Source: Takakia lepidozioides (taxonomy: Eukaryota; Plantae; Bryophyta). From it: DNA of 64,000 nt. Where the stretch lies: contig CM060731.1 in NCBI GenBank assembly GCA_030704615.1, positions 87,172,001 through 87,236,000 on the forward strand, in the 5' to 3' direction. The position numbers and the translations under genes are program-made. Below are positions 62,257 to 64,000 of the stretch, in pieces (position 1 is the stretch's first letter; every line of letters starts with the position of its first letter). Below the pieces are notes generated by a model that had not been told where the DNA came from, made no database searches, and was given only the letters and a program-made list of their open reading frames with translations.

Positions 62257-63335
62257 TGTCTCGAGACAAAGGTAGTGGATCTGCCAACATCCAATCCAAC
62301 CCCATTAAACAGGTGAAGTCCTGGTGGAACGGGACTAGGAGATTTTCAAGTACCTGAATATTAGGCAAGAGGAACTGACCCTGCTAAGATGAAGTTGACT
62401 TGGAAGCTGACGTGTCCAAGGCCATTTTGGAAGCCTGCAGTATGTCCGAACGAAAGTTAGGATAAAACCCTGAACTCGTTTCCAGTTTGTGACATGGATG
62501 AGTGAAGGGTAGCCTTGGCACTACTGTAATTTTAACTCAGGGTGGGGAGTCTACTTTTGAACAATAAGCGGATGCAGAGAGGAAATGGAGATTGTCAATG
62601 GCCGGTGTGCAGGACAATACCCATTTTCTGTTACAATGTCCTCTCTCTTATTTTTACCCATTTTGTCCCATAAGCTCTTTGAGCTTTCTGTGGACGTTAC
62701 AAGTTCCATTTCATTTCATTCTCTTTCTTTTCCTGCAACGGAGGACTGCCTTATGCCCAGCTTGCACCAGGCACAACCAGGAAATTGAAACTGAAGTGCC
62801 CTCTGTATTATGAGATCTATGGGAGATTCCACTGTCTATTCCGTGGAACTCAATCTCTCACAACGGAGGGCTTGTGCGAGCTCCTGCCTGGTCTACCCGG
62901 GCTTCCTATCACATTCCTCTATTGAACAGATCCATATAATTTTTTTTTAAAAAAAAAAAATTAAAAAAACAAAAAAAACAAAGATGCAGCTTGCCACCTT
63001 CCACTCTATTTCTCATGTTGTTACCCACCTATAAACTCAAGGGCATGGGATTGATGGATAGTTTATCTGCAACTGGCTTTGAGGAATTTAATTTACGAGT
63101 TCCTCCAATTGTCTAGTGTGGAAGTAGTTTTTTGATTGTCATAGCTCATTTCCGGCTGTCTGGACTGAATCTAGATCTGCCGAACATAACTTAATCTTGA
63201 ATTGCCTCTTTTGGATGCTTTTGTTTTGGCTGTCTATTGTGTGAGACTTCAGTATCTTAAAACTTGACTATAGTCCATCTATTTGGACGAAGTTCTCTGA
63301 AGTTGTCGCTAGTAGTGCGGAGCAACGCGAAGCCC

Positions 63336-63770
63336 TAGTTCTAGCGACGACCGAATTTCGGAAGCTAGTTTAGCGTAGAGCAGGAATAGGGTGCCATCGT
63401 CGCCACATCATCGTTGCCATGTCATCGTCACCACGTCATCATCGCCACGTTTCGTAGACACGTCGTCGCCGTCGTCAATTTCTTTGGAACCTGCCCGAAA
63501 TGCCCAAAAGTTACCGGAAGAAGAATCTTGCAGTGCGGGGTGCTTGAGCACGGAGGGAGACATTTGCAGATTATGAGTACACCGCATGAGAGCTGGAGTT
63601 TGCACGAAGGTGGGACAACCGCAATCGCAAGGTGTGGCTTTTCTTAATGTAAGATGTGAAGAAGTTTGTCCATCCTGCAAATGTGGGCTCTTGGCTCCTG
63701 TTAGTACCACGATTTGGTATTCTTCCTTATGTTTACAAGGTTCTTGGGAGAGTCAGCTTGGTCTTAGCAG
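63336..63770 (+). repeat. Shared leader block, also at 32735-33225 (-) and partly at 41852-41915 and 57850-57995
   Basis: CTAGCGACG..GAAGCTAGTTTAGCGTAGAGCAGGAATAGGGTGCC + (ATCGCCAYGTC)n + GGCTCTTGGCTCCTGTTAGTACCA..TTTACAAGG. Confidence 0.85.
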
Positions 63771-63777
63771 ACCGTGT

Positions 63778-64000
63778 TTCAAGCTCAGATCAAATCGCCG
63801 GGAGCAGAGATTGCTAAAGAGAGAGAGGGCACTGGAAAAGGCAGAGAGGGCTGCAGCTGCAAGAGCATCTGCAGCAGTCCCTCCTAGGACCAAAAGAGCT
63901 CAGCCAGCTTATGATCCTTCTGATCCAGTTCGCTCATACTTGCAAGATATTGGCAAGACCAAATTGTTGACGGCTGCTGAGGAGATAGAGCTCTCAACAG
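63778..64000 (+). pseudogene. Plastid sigma-70 factor fragment (region 1.2, SIG2/SIG6-like); continues beyond the window
   Basis: RSNRREQRLLKRERALEKAE...YDPSDPVRSYLQDIGKTKLLTAAEEIELSQ; the 5' part is replaced by the shared leader block. Confidence 0.75.

Noticed and set aside
19306-64000. Functional cluster of organellar transcription genes
   Set aside because: RpoT, PPR and sigma sequences are all partial or disrupted; reported instead as possible captured cargo.

Overview
Eukaryotic, intron-containing, transposon-rich DNA. Gene content (PLS/DYW PPR, RpoT, plastid sigma factor, moss/fern-type MULEs) points to a land plant, probably non-seed (inference). All assignments come from reading the sequence by eye; no searches were run. 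Only one gene looks intact: a spliced ~900-1020 aa gene (7762-14980, +) joining an unrecognised Cys/His-containing N-terminal domain to two atypical-E2F (DEL/E2F7-8-type) winged-helix domains with altered recognition motifs. The rest is pseudogenes and transposons. Pseudogenes: a truncated N4/N6 DNA-methyltransferase-like gene, an RpoT phage-type RNA polymerase interrupted by a LINE, several decayed copies of a gene fusing OSB-type PDF motifs to a PLS-PPR-E-DYW array, and fragments of SMARCAL1 and a plastid sigma factor. Transposons: a Ulp1-protease gene and a SWIM-MULE transposase sharing GGTCTR motif arrays, SINE/hAT/Harbinger-like non-autonomous elements, and a 14.9-kb LTR retrotransposon (TSD AACCC). 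Nested in the LTR element is a GCM-domain MULE transposase beside a ~33-copy, 53-bp-period palindrome array. There is a 500-N assembly gap at 54047-54546.
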